From Octopus sinensis (Eukaryota): a stretch of 64,000 bases of DNA. Positions 13,246 to 26,078 of the stretch are shown here, piece by piece (positions within the stretch are counted from its first letter, which is position 1; each line of letters opens with the position of its first letter). The notes beneath the pieces are model-generated. The model was not told where the DNA came from. It saw nothing but the letters and a program-made list of their open reading frames with translations, and ran no database searches. The position numbers and the translations under genes were made by a program. The stretch covers positions 64,480,001 through 64,544,000 of the forward strand of contig NC_043008.1 in NCBI RefSeq assembly GCF_006345805.1. The letters run 5' to 3'.

Positions 13246-13640
13246 GGCGGTGAGCTGGCAGAAATGTTAGCACGCCGGGCGAAATGGTTAGCAGTATTTC
13301 ATGTGCCGTTACGTTCTGAGTTCAAATTCCGTCGAGGTCGGCTTTGCCTTTCATCCATTTGGGGTCGATTAAATAAGTACCAGTTGCGCACTGGGGTCGA
13401 TGTAATCGACTTAATCCGTTTGTCTGTCCTTGTTTGTCTCCTCTGTGTTTAGCCCCTTGTGGGCAGTAAATAAATAGATATTTCGTCTGCTGCTACGTTC
13501 TGAGTTCAAATTCCACCGAGGTCGACTTTGCCTTTCATCCTTGCGGGGTCGATAAATTAAGTACCAGTGAAACACTGTGGTCGATGCAATCGATTTATCC
13601 CCTCCCCAAAATTACCGGCCTTGTGCCTCTAGTAGAAAGG
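13246..13640 (+). mobile_element. SINE family A full copy followed directly by a 5'-truncated copy with the alternative tail
   Basis: Copy 1 (13246-13476) ends GCCCCTTGTGGGCAGTAAATAAA. Copy 2 (13478-13640) ends GGCCTTGTGCCTCTAGTAGAAAGG. Confidence 0.9.
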
Positions 13641-14563
13641 TTTATGAGATATTCTAGTTTATGCTTCGCTCAATTTCTCTCACCGTCAGCGTTACATTAC
13701 GCCATTTTGCAGTGACAAAAAATTATGAAGAAATATTTTGGATCAGTAATTCTTTCTTGATAGTGGCAACAGTGCTTCTGTATCTATACGAACCAAAGAC
13801 TAAGACTGGCAGGTGTGTTACATTTGACAGATGTAATCAAGCTAGAGATAAGTTTGAGAATTACCCTCAGAAGACTTGCAAATCAGTGCTCGCAACTGAG
13901 AATGAACCACCTTGCTCGAAACAGAGTCAGTCTCACGATCCTGTTGTCTGCTAGATGATGATAGGGGTTTGCTCCCCCTGCTAGCAATATATATTGTATA
14001 GAAAGGGTGCAACGTCGCACCGATAACCAGCTGGTGGAAGACTTGCCTGGGGTTAAACTAGTAGTAACATGGAACAGCCACTTTGATGTGGCGATTGACT
14101 TTACTTGTTAATATTAGAAGAGGAATCAATAAAAGCAATGATCAGCAATGAAACTCAAACTAACAAGATGCTGAAGAAAGTGAAGATGCTGAAGATACTG
14201 AAGAAGCAGTTCTTCTAATATCTTTTGAATTGATGATAGATGTCATTCAGTCACCGAAATATTTAATAAGAATACGAAACGACAAACTCAACTCAGTGAA
14301 GATGAACAAATATCGGCTTCAGAAGGGATTGGTGTAAAATGTAGATATGCAGTGTCGTTGTATTAACACTCGTTACTTGTCTTCGCATAAAGCTCTGTGT
14401 AGTTAATGTTGCTGAATATTATGAGACTTAGGTGAGGGAATGACAGAGACATTTGGATGGAAGCTCATGAATTGTAAACAGAATATAATGAAATAAGAAT
14501 CGCAGATTTTTATAAACAAGAAATGGACGATATTTCTTATAAACATACTTACACACATACACC

Positions 14564-14602
<39 letters not shown>

Positions 14603-14910
14603 TACATTGATTTGCCTCTCAGCTCTTTGAATTGAATGGGATCAATCAACTCCGGTAATATTAACGAAAGAGCTATCTATCTATTCCCGCACACTCACTC
14701 AGGCACGCGCGCACACATAGAAATACTTTTTTTTTTACAAGTATTTCTATAGTATTGAGAGTGACTTCGAAGTTTCGGCTAGCTCAATGAAGCCATCATC
14801 GAACAGTCCGATGATGGCTTAGGAAGACGAAACTTCACGGTTATTTCAATACTAAATTCGTATTCTAAGTACTAAATTCGTAATGCTAAATTCGTATTCC
14901 ATCAAACGTA

Positions 14911-16264
14911 TTAGGTAATCCTCTAATTTAATGTAAAATTGTTTTTATTATAACATAATATCTCAAACACAATTTTGCCATTTATCGGTAGCTTATTTAT
15001 GCTGGCAGCGAAGAATTCTGGAGAGCAAGAGGTGATGAAATCACGAAAGGCTGCTTTTGCATCTTCTTCAGATTTGAAGTCTTTTCCTTGAAAAAAGCTG
15101 TCTAATGCCTGGAAAACGTGATAGTCAGTTGGTGCAAGGTCTGGTGAATATGCTGGATGACAGAATACTTCCAAGTTCAGTTCCTGTAACTTGAGTAGCG
15201 TTCTTTATGCAACATGTGGTTGAGCAATGTTTTGCAATAGAATTGGCCTGTCTCTATTGACCAATCTCGGTTGTTTAATCGGAGGTTCACTCGCTATTTC
15301 ATTCAATTGGTTGATGTATATCAGGGCTCATGAAGCTGTAGTGGATGACATCAGCGCTGAACCACCAAACAGATACCGTTAGCTTTTTCTGGTGAATATT
15401 ATTTTTGGGATTGTGCTTTAGCACTTCTTCTAAATCCAACCACCGTGCTGAGCACTTGCTATTGTTGAAAAGAATCCACTTTCATCAAATGTAACAATAC
15501 GATGCAAAACTGATTTGCTTTTATGCCGTGGCAACAAAGAACAGCAAGTTTCAAGGCGACGTGTCACTTGATGCTCGTTCAGTTCGTGTGGTATTCTCTT
15601 GTCCAACTTCTTTACCTTGCCGTTTGTTTCAGATGGTCCAATACAGTTGGAATCGAAATATCAAACCTTGCAGCTAACTTACGCGTAGTTTGAGGTATAT
15701 CCACTTTCGCTACAGTTTCCACCTCGTCATTATCGACCTTGGTCTCAGGTCTACCACAGGGCTGATTTTCAAGAGTAAAGTCACCAGACCGGAGCTTCTC
15801 AAACCATCGACGTACAGTGTGCTCATTTGCCACATCTTCACCAATGAATGCTCAATTGGTAATCTGCAAAGATGAAAGGTAATGTCACCCTTTGGTGGAA
15901 CTTGAACTCAGGACATAAATACGGCCAAAAATTTAGTCCGTTGTACTAACGATTCGACCAGCACACCGCTTCGATTTAGTTGCTATAATCTATAACTGAC
16001 ACTTCGAGCTCTTTGGGATACATTGGTTCCTCGATAGAACTTATATTCATAAACAACACGAATTTTGATCTATCCATGGGTTCACTAAAATTGATTTACA
16101 AAAGAAAGCTCAATATAATCAGACACCATGAATTGCATTTCGAAAATTGATGATGTAACTCTTCAATGTTGTAAAACAAAGAATTGTCAGAATAATGCTT
16201 TAGAGTTGACGACTGTCAAACATGGTGCATAAGAAAATTGGACATTTCATTCTTAATGACCTGA
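14911..16264 (-). mobile_element. Near full-length mariner, transposase pseudogenised
   Basis: ATG at 16077 (MDRS(K)IRVVYEYKFYRG with a 1-nt deletion), GEDVANEHTVRRWF..GRPETKVDND, RIVTFDE, HQKKLTVSVWW, LLQNIAQPH and HPAYSPDLAPTDYHVF. TIRs are degenerate. Confidence 0.9.
15860..15968 (-). mobile_element. Degenerate SINE family A fragment inside the mariner transposase
   Basis: Reverse complement CGGTGTGCTGGTCGAATCGTTAGTAC..CTGAGTTCAAGTTCCACC..CCTTTCATC interrupts the HTH coding region. Confidence 0.7.
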
Positions 16265-16768
16265 CAGTTTAGAGCGGTGGATTGGCAGAACTATATTAAC
16301 GTCAGGTCGAGTGGCTTGTAGTATTTATCCCAGTCCTTTGCGTTCCGGAAAATAATGTTCAATTTGGCGCTGTCAGTAACATCTGCTGGTATGGAATAAA
16401 TGAATGAGCGTACATGTTAGACGAACACAAAGGAAAAAAATTGTGACAAGTATTATAACAAGAAAAGATGAGGTCTGAAGAAACAACAGTAAATAAAGAT
16501 AAGTAAAGAGGAGACTGGGAAATTTAAATTAGCAAGACAGGAAAGATAATAAACGCCATACAGAGATATTCGTATACATGGTACGTCTTTGGACTATACG
16601 ACAAGAGTAAGACGTGTTGTTCGAAGTAACATTAATAGGAAAGAAGGTGGTTCTTTCGGACTTACAAAAATATATGTACAAAATTAAAAGCAAAATGGAT
16701 TATATAAACCAGGAGCAGGAAATTAATTCAAATCTTGCAGAAATCGGGAACTCGAAATAGAGATGACT

Positions 16769-16908
16769 CTCTTTTACTCTTTTACTTGTTTCAGTCATTT
16801 GACTGCAGCCATGCTGGAGCACCGCCTTTAATCGAGCAGCTCGACCCCGAGACTTATTCTTTTGTAAGCCCAGTACTTATTCTATCGGTCTCTTTTGCCG
16901 AACCGCTA
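16769..16908 (-). mobile_element. SINE family B 3' part
   Basis: TCTTTTACTTGTTTCAGTCATTTGACTGCAGCCATGCTGGAGCACCGCC matches the other family B copies. Confidence 0.85.
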
Positions 16909-17917
16909 TGATCATTCTAGGAAGGGAACGGATAATATGAGGAGAAAAAGAAAGGAAAAAACAGGCAGCTTTAGGGTATCTTGTATCAGAGAAGAAAGGG
17001 GAAAGATATAGGCAAGCTGAGAGAAATATAGAAAGTGAGATAGAAGAAAGGTTGTTATAGAGATAAAACAGCGTAGGAAGGAGCGAAACGGATAGAAGAA
17101 TAGATATAAAGATAGAGATAAGTAAATAAATGTAGGGGTGGGGAAGTAGAAAGCTACAACGACAAAAAGATAAACGGATTCGAGCATTAAAAGTAAAGTA
17201 CGTGAATAGGGAAAAAAGATGGAGGTAGTTGTAAATGTAAAAGACAAGTGCCAGCGACAGAAAGGTAAGTATAAAAATAATTAGGAAGATGTGTAGTTAG
17301 AAATAAAGAGAAAGATAGGATGAGACGGAAAGTTAGGTACAGAGATATAGATAGAGAGAGGAAAGTCATCAGACGATAAACGGAGAAGATTAAGTGCCTT
17401 TTGACCTTGACAAAAACAAAACTTCGACAAGCCAAGAGATGGAAAGAACTTGACTGACCATTTGAGCGGTCAATGTAAAAAGATAATGGATGGCTTGAAA
17501 AACAGGAATGTCAAGTGGTGTTTTGGGGAAGGGAAAAAGAAATGGGCTCAGGCGAGTAGAAAGAAAGGTAGTGAGATAGTGAAAGGAAAGGCCGTGCAGA
17601 GATAAAGAAGAGTAAAGTGGGGTGAAACGGAGGAAAGAATACATTTAGAGATAAGCAGATACTAAGAAAGAAGGAAAGTAGACAGATACAACGATAAAAA
17701 GATAAATTAATGCAAGCGATAAAAAAAATACAGATAGTTATTTAATGAAATAGTAGACAGAGAAAATGGTAGAAATAAAGAGATACGAACGAATAAAGAA
17801 ATAGATTAGTTGCAAGTAATATCGCACAGGTATCTGGGATGCCTTTATAAACGATATTCCTGAATCTTTTGCTTAAAGATTCTCGTGAATTCCATCCCTC
17901 CTTCTCTCTCTCTCTCT

Positions 17918-18170
17918 TCTTTTATTCTTTTACTTGTTTCAGTCACTTGACTGCAGCCATGCTGGAGCACCGCCTTAAAAGGTTTTTTAGTCGAGTAAAT
18001 CGACCACTGGACTTATGGTTTGTAAGCCTAGTACATATTCTGTCGGGGTGTTTTGCCAAACCGCTACCCGGCGGGGACGTTAACACATCAACATCGGTTG
18101 TCAAGCGATGGTGGGGGACAGAAACACACACACAATAAACATATACATACATATATAGACACACACACAC
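17918..18170 (-). mobile_element. SINE family B 3' half (5' half lies at 20120-20291)
   Basis: Same family B tail, ending in the element's internal CA/TA microsatellite. Confidence 0.85.
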
Positions 18171-18244
18171 ACAAACATATATATATATATTCTTAAATGG
18201 CTTACAAACACCTTCCACGCTGCAATTGTTATATATATATATAT

Positions 18245-19361
18245 TGTTAGGGACCTCCAACGAAAGTTGCTACGGAATCCCACCTGCCGTCGCTCGAACT
18301 CGAACCCGGGATCCCAACAAGTCGAGCGACGACGATTGACCAGGCTCGATCGATCGGCGAATGTTCGCCACGGAACCCAGAGAGGAGAGAGACAACAACA
18401 ACAACAGCAGCAGGAATAGACACAGAGGCAACACAAAGAGGGCAAGGCAATTGGCTTACATTTAACGACAGTTTATAATTGTTACATAAAATACATCAAG
18501 ATACATATCAGGTACATCAAAGAAGTACAAGCAACAGAATCAACAGCATGCAGATGCAATATACAGTCCGGAGACAACAGTTCTGTTTCAAATCACATTA
18601 AAGGCATATACAATGTTCATAGACAAATAAGTTCACGCTACAAATCAATGTTCAATTAACGTACACTTCACATTAACGTTACAGTTCAAAGGACAATTAA
18701 CACATATACAGTTCAATGTTCATTAAAGACTACAACAGAATCTCTCTCTTTCTTTAACAGTTCTGTAACACATATCAATACAATTCACATTGTTCTTTTT
18801 ACTGTCTCATTTCTTTTCCAGCCTTTATAACACATCAACAAGATAAACAATGTTCATTTCTTTTACATTTCAATACATCGATTCTTTTTCCTTCTTTTTC
18901 TTCACACATCAAAATATACAATTAACACATACCGTTACATCAGCCAATGCCTCACATTGTAGTCCCTCTCTATCAGCTGCCTAATCCTCTGTATATCTCT
19001 CTCTATCACAGCAGAACAAACCATTACTAACTCGCTGTACAATCCCAACTGTTCACTCTCTCATGACTGTCTTCCTGTCATCTCTCAGTACACTGTCACC
19101 AGCAGAACAGCCACTGCTAAATCCAAACTGCCAACTGCTTGCCTTAAATCCCAAATCCTGACTGCTCTTACAGCTCAAACTTCCTCCCTTTTAAGGGGTG
19201 TCTACAACGAACTTTCCCTGACCGGCACAAGGCCAAAGGTCCCCTAAAAGTTCATTACTCTTTCTAAAACAAAGGACTATAACTTTTTATTCCAGACTTT
19301 CAGACTCCACCCCAGGCAAAGTGGGTCAAGAAGTACTGTACCAGCTGAACTATTCACAACA
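18245..19361. mobile_element. Probable solo LTR
   Basis: Starts TGTTAGGG and ends CACAACA (TGTT..AACA inverted termini). ATAT on both sides within (TA)n. About 1.1 kb, no ORF. Confidence 0.6.
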
Positions 19362-19364
19362 ATA

Positions 19365-20108
19365 TATATATAAAAACATTCATTCTTATATTATTGCGGC
19401 GTTACGTGCACCCCCCCGTTTGTTTGTCCAATTTTAAACCCTGCACGACTTCTATACACACTGTCTTTTCTACCCGCCATTGCTTCTTCACCAAACTTTT
19501 TGGCGCCCTCCGATTCTTCCCCTCTTTTCCTCCCATCCTCCTCCCCTCTTCCTCCCATCCTCCTTAATCCCTTCTTTCTCCTTTTCTCTTGGTCACTGAT
19601 TCTGTCCCCTGCCTTCCACCCTCTTTGATTCCCTCTCTCTCTGTCTCTCTTTCTCTCTCTCTCCTGCAGCCTGCTGCTTCTTAAACCATTCTGTTGGCCA
19701 TCGTATCTCGACCAACATGTGTCCCCGCTACCGAAACGGTAATTATTTCTACGCCAGCTATGTTGTTGTTGTTTTTGTCTCATTTGGTCTAAAGTCGTAT
19801 GACAACCACCGTTATATATATTTTGTTTATTCATTACTGTTTTCAATTTCGTTTTCGTCTCTTGTATTTACATCCGTCTTGTGCGTTCACATTCCTGTCT
19901 TCTACCAAGAAATCTAATGCTTACAACCTAGTTTTTTTTCTTGGGGCTGGCCGAGTTGGAGCAAATATCAGAATTGAACAGCCGAAATTTGCTATGATGA
20001 TTCGGTGTCTGACTGAAGATTGAAGGCTTCGAATGATTTGTCTGTGTTCCGTGTTCGTCCCTTCCTGTATTTCACGTTCATTATATATAAAAACATTCAT
20101 TCTTATAT
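19365..20108. mobile_element. ~740 bp unit bounded by a 27-bp direct repeat (LTR-like or PLE pseudo-LTR, unclassified)
   Basis: TATATATAAAAACATTCATTCTTATAT at 19365-19391 and 20082-20108. Pyrimidine-rich interior with TGGCGCCC at ~19501. Confidence 0.45.
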
Positions 20109-20119
20109 ATATATATATA

Positions 20120-20291
20120 TACGACGGGCTTCCTTCAGTTACCGTCTTCGTAATCAACTCACAATGCTTTGGTCGGCCCAAGGCTATATTCGTAGACACT
20201 TGCCCAAGGTACCACGCTGTCAGACTGAATATAGAATCATGTGGTTGGGGAGCAAGCTTCTACCCACACAGCCCATAGCTACGCCTGCGCC
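20120..20291 (-). mobile_element. SINE family B 5' half
   Basis: Reverse complement GGCGCAGGCGTAGC..TGTGTGGGTAG..ACCTTGGGCAAGTGTC..AAGCCCGTCGTA. Confidence 0.85.
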
Positions 20292-20500
20292 TATGAAGGA
20301 TATATATGTGTGTTTCGAAACGCGGAGTAGATAAAACAGGGACAATTGATGAAAGGGAATGTTCTTTATGTTGCCTGACTCGTTTCTCCATTTGTTTTTC
20401 TTCGTTGTTCGAAAACAAAGTTCGTTTTCTACGTTATTGTCTTTTATGTTCTCGTTCTCGTTTTGTTGACGTTTTTTTGATGACCTATACCTATATATGC

Positions 20501-20594
<94 letters not shown>

Positions 20595-20659
20595 ATATAG
20601 GTATGTACATATATGCATATATTATTTATATTGTGTGCGTATATATATTTATATATATA

Positions 20660-21054
20660 CTAGCAGTATCGCCCGGCGTTGCTCGGGTTTGTAAGGGAAA
20701 TAACTATATAAGCATTTTTAGAGAGTTATAGCCAAAAAAAGCAAAAAAATGCATTAAAAATGGAAAAAAATAATGGTATTTTTTTTTAAATCGTTGACTT
20801 ATCGTAGACATTTTTAGAGAGTTACTTCCCTTATATAATAGCGAAAAAAATGCATTAAAATGGAAAAAAATGATGGTAAATGTTTTTAAAAATCGTAGAC
20901 TCATCGTAGACGCGCGCTAATACCCAGAAGGGCTCGATATGAATCCCGACTATAAGATACTCGGTTTTGGTTAAACTGCACCGCAAAATGTGGGAGTAGT
21001 TAGGAATCTAAATCGTAGGAGGCAGACACACAACTTGACTTTTATATATAAAGA
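20660..21054 (-). mobile_element. Non-autonomous Helitron
   Basis: Minus strand: A|TCTTTATATATAAAAGTC ... CCCGAGCAACGCCGGG hairpin, then CTAG|T. Same 3' end as 12419-12816, with A/T insertion site. Confidence 0.9.
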
Positions 21055-21070
21055 TATATATATATATATT

Positions 21071-21413
21071 GACGCAGGTGTGGCTGTGTGGTAAGTAGCT
21101 TTACCAACCACATGTTCTATAACCGCGGGCCGATCGAAGCCATGTGAATGGATTTGGTAGACGGAAACTGAAAGAAGCCCGTCGTATATATATGTATATG
21201 TTTGTGTACCTGTGTTTATACCCCACCTCACCATCATCGCTTGAAAACTGATGTTGGTGCGTTTACGTCCCAGTCATTTAGTGGTTCCGCAAGAGACCGA
21301 TAGAATAAGTACTAGGCTTACTAAGAATAAGTCCTGGGACCTATTGGTTCGACTAAATGCGGTGCTCCTGCAAGGCCGCAGTCAAATTACTGAAAGATGT
21401 AAAAGAATAAAAG
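21071..21413 (+). mobile_element. SINE family B, near full length
   Basis: Head GCAGGTGTGGCTGTGTGGTAAG, tail GTAAAAGAATAAAAG. Confidence 0.85.
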
Positions 21414-22139
21414 GTTATATATATGATCCTCTGACGCGTAAGATAAAGCAGGCAAATGTCCAATATCAGACTGTCTTCATTATTATGGAGAAGTGTAGGA
21501 TGGTCATATGTGGAACGATTTCCTCTTAGATCTGCCTAATGAGAGAGGACCTACTGCTAAATCTAAATGAAATCACAGCAGCACTTCTAAAAAAAACATA
21601 TAAAGAAAATTGTCACATATGCAAGAATAAGAATTATTTACCCTCTCATCCCACCACATCTCCTACAATCACCACTACCACCACCATCGCAAAAACGACA
21701 AGAGCAACAACCGCCATATTCACTTCTTAGTAAAACAACACCAGGAAACAACTCAAACATCTCAATATCTTTCAGTATTATACGAAAGACAAGACACGAC
21801 ATAAAAGCATCATTGACACTTTTCGGTGCCATTCCAATAAGTATGAATAAATAAGAAGACTTTAAAGCAGCAGAAATAAAAACAAAAGAAAAGAAAGGAA
21901 GAAGAAAATCAAGTTAAATCCCTGAAAGTATTTATGATGATAAATAGGTTTGGGTTCAGCTGAATGGCAGCCATGACAGTTAAAGGGAATGGCACTTATG
22001 GAATTGGTGACTTTTCGTTTCTTTTCTTTTCTCTTGATTATATTTTGTTCCAGATTTATTTCATTTTTCCCTTTCCACATCTTCCTTCCTCTTATCTTTC
22101 TACCTCAGTCTCTTTGTACACCATCACACACGCGTAGTA

Positions 22140-22800
<661 letters not shown>

Positions 22801-23268
22801 ACAAATGAAACGTGTGTGTATGTGTGTTGCTTGTGTGCGTTTATGTGTTTGTACGTATGTACATCTTTTCATATTGAATGTATAAAGGATAAAAATTTGC
22901 CAGAGATTTATAGTGATATATGACTTCTACAATAAAACAAAACAGAAGGACCTGACTTATATTTCTTTGTAAAGCAGCAATGTTTTCAGAAATGTCCACA
23001 ACCATCCTACATTGTTATCGTTTTCATTATTTTTTTACTTCATTTGCGCAAATTGTTGACAACATCTAATTGACAGACAGGCCTTCACTCAACTACTACT
23101 GTGTATCATTTATTTTACTCAAGTGTTTGTTACGAAGCATATATATGATCGCTCAACTTGTTAGAAATAATAGGTAACTCCTTTCTCGGAACTGCATCGT
23201 CTTATAAAGAGAATGAAATTTCATAATGGTCTTCGAAGTATAGTATTTCAGGAAGATATACAGTATCG

Positions 23269-23349
23269 TCAAAAGCAGAATAAAATTACCCTTGCTCAAA
23301 AGCAGAATAAAATTACCCTTGCTCAAAAGCAGAATAAAATTACCCTTGA
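23269..23349. repeat. 27-bp tandem repeat, 3 copies
   Basis: TCAAAAGCAGAATAAAATTACCCTTGC twice, then a third copy ending TTGA. Confidence 0.95.
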
Positions 23350-23602
23350 AGTTTTCTATGTGCTGTCATGGCCGAAATAGGTCACCTAATCTTTATCTAC
23401 AAATATAACTGCTTGTTCAACGAAAATCTAGTTGTTCAATTCCTCATTAATTCATTAGTATTCGTTATGATGTCTTGTCTAGGCAATGATTTTCCTTCTT
23501 GTCAGTCCTAGCTGAAAATACATAAATCAGGAAAATTGACTATATCATCAGTTTAAATTAAACGATAAACGATAAACGTCTCCCTTTTTAAAACCTAACC
23601 AG

Positions 23603-23883
23603 CCTCATGGGCCCGGTTTCCCGGTTTCTGTGGCGTATGTGTTCCTTCCAGCTGGACGGGACGCCAGTCCATCGCAGCGTTACTCAAGAAACAGAAAGAG
23701 AGAGTGAGAGAAAGTTGTGGCGAAAGAGTACAACAGGGGTCGCCATCACCTCCTGCCGGAGCCTCGTGGAGCTTTTAGGTGTTTTCACTCAATAAACACA
23801 CACAACGCCCAGTCTGAGAATCGAAACCGCGATCCTCCGACCACGAGACCGCTGCCCTAACCACTGGGCCATTGCGCTTCCAC
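23603..23883 (-). mobile_element. tRNA-derived SINE family C
   Basis: Reverse complement has A box TGGCCCAGTGG and B box GGTTTCGATTC. Confidence 0.8.
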
Positions 23884-24820
23884 ATATTAGTTTAAATTAA
23901 GCAGTAATTATTGAGTTAATGAGAGAGCCTCTAAATTCGTCGAAGTACGTACGTATGAGAACAAAATCTCCCTCGTATCAACACAGAATAATGCAGGCTG
24001 ATCTAGAGCGAAAGAACTTCGACAATGAATTTTCATTGTCAAAAAATCCCTTAATATCAGAAGGTTTAAGAAATGACTTCTGTTATTTCAGTTCCGATAT
24101 CTGAAGTCCAGGAATTTTCTTAAATTATTTGTTAATTTACAAAATAACATTCTAGCAAAAGAACCTGATTACGGTCACAGTGTCTGCAAGAAAGAGCCAC
24201 CAAATGCCCTTTAATTGATATCCCACTCTCTTAAAACTGCAAGGACATATTATCTAATGCTGCTATGGAACCGAAAATCGAAAAAGAAATTAAGAAAAAT
24301 TAAAATTAGTCAGGTCAGGAAAGTCTTTGAACATGAGTCTACTTCGTGTGAAATTGTGTCACACTGATTAATTTTTAAAATTACGTAATAGACAGACGTA
24401 TCTGTGGAATACTCAACCGCTTACACGTCAGTTGCACAAATATGAATTTGGGTAGCGGATCCACTGCAAGGTATCTGCTTATGTTATTGTAAAGTGGGAT
24501 CAAATCTGTGTGCACATGCTTGCGGAGCCAGCTTTATATGGCTATACATATATTTGTGAGTGCATGTATATATACATGTATGCAAACACATGCATAGACA
24601 CACACACATACGCACACACTCAGTCACGCACACACACGCGCGCACTTGTAAATAAAAACATGCATACATACACACCCATACATATTATATAGACATATAC
24701 ATTATGGAATCCCCCGTCGAAGACGATGCATTATAGTTCAGGTTTTGGTTTGTTGAACGGCCTGCATAAATAATTTGTCTATAGGGATCAAATGTATGTG
24801 TTGTACATGTGCTCGCTCCT

Positions 24821-25005
24821 CTAATCAAATCGGCTTAGATTGTACTGATGCATAAGTGTTCCACAAGCACGTCCGATGTCGAAATGATTGCAGAGCAACG
24901 GGAAATGAAGTGTTTTGCTCAAGTACACAATGCGCCATAGGGTCCGGGAATCGAACTCTCGATATAGTATTCGTGAGACCAACACAATAACCACTAGGCC
25001 ACGTG
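24821..25005 (-). mobile_element. tRNA-derived SINE
   Basis: Reverse complement has A box TGGCCTAGTGG and B box AGTTCGATTCC. Confidence 0.8.
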
Positions 25006-25418
25006 TATGTATGCATACACACACACACACACACACACACCACACACACACACACACACACATATATGTGTATATATGCGTGTGTGTGCGCGAGTGTGTA
25101 TGTATGTATATATGTATGATGTATAAGCTAAAAAAGTATCCAAGGATTCAATAAAGGTAGGAACCGTGAAATACTCCTATTTTAAAGTTCCATAGCGCCG
25201 AGACACTTTCTTTACTGTTTGTCTTCTCCAGTCATCTTAACCCTGAAGACTGTTTTGTTTGAAGCATTCGATATTTCACTCAAGTTCGCTTCATTATAAT
25301 CATTCTGTTTTCTTTCTCTATATATTTCCATCTCACCCAATCCCTCTCTCTCTTCCTCTTTTTATATACATGTGTGTATGAATGTATGTTTATGTATATA
25401 TATATATATATATATATT

Positions 25419-25473
25419 TCATGCTGATGAAGGAAATGAATTTTATAATTCTAATCCCGAAACGCGTACATGA
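25419..25473 (+). ncRNA. Type I hammerhead ribozyme motif at the start of a PLE-like terminal fragment (25419-25630)
   Basis: TCATG-CTGATGA-AGGAAATGAATTTTATAATTCTAATCCC-GAA-ACGCGT-A-CATGA: perfect 5-bp stem I, intact core, palindromic stem III, imperfect stem II. Confidence 0.75.
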
Positions 25474-25642
25474 TTAATCGTAGACTGTTTGATTTTGTTA
25501 TTTTTCTTCTTTTTGCCTATGGGAGTTACGAATATTGCTGTCTGTGGAGGCATATTTGTAGTTAGCTGTTTTTGACTGCTATTTCTAAATTTTCGGTATG
25601 TGGTGAAGCAGCTTGTTGCTAAAACATTAATTATATATATAT

Positions 25643-25723
<81 letters not shown>

Positions 25724-25745
25724 TAGATAGATAGATATCACAGTA

Positions 25746-26078
25746 AAGATCCTTTTCTATCGTTAATGACTATGGGATTGCACCTAGAAAGTTACCCTCC
25801 AAGGTACAAGTCCGGGCAAGGTTGTTTTTGGAAGATCAGCAGTTGTCTATGCATACCAGCCTCTCCCCACCATGCCACCGATGTTATTTAAGGGAAAGGC
25901 AAAGGCCGATACAGCTTGTTACCTGTGATATCGCAACTCATTTCTACAGCTGAGTGAACTAGAACAAAGGGAAATAAAATGTCTTGCTGAAGAACACAAC
26001 CCGTAGCCCAGTCTGAGAATCGAACTCACTACCTCATGATTGTGAGCCCGACGCTCTAACTATTGAACCACGCGCCTT
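25746..26078 (-). mobile_element. tRNA-derived SINE
   Basis: Reverse complement AAGGCGCGTGGTTCAATAGTTAGAGCG..GAGTTCGATTCTC, with central TTCACTCAGCTGTAGAAATGAGT. Confidence 0.8.

Noticed and set aside
16920-17870. Purine-rich stretch with a faint CR1/L2 RT resemblance (FINDIPE)
   Set aside because: Too degenerate to call by eye.
23850-23883. tRNA gene call for SINE heads (also 24960-25005 and 26020-26078)
   Set aside because: A and B boxes are present but I could not fold a full cloverleaf, and each continues into a SINE body.
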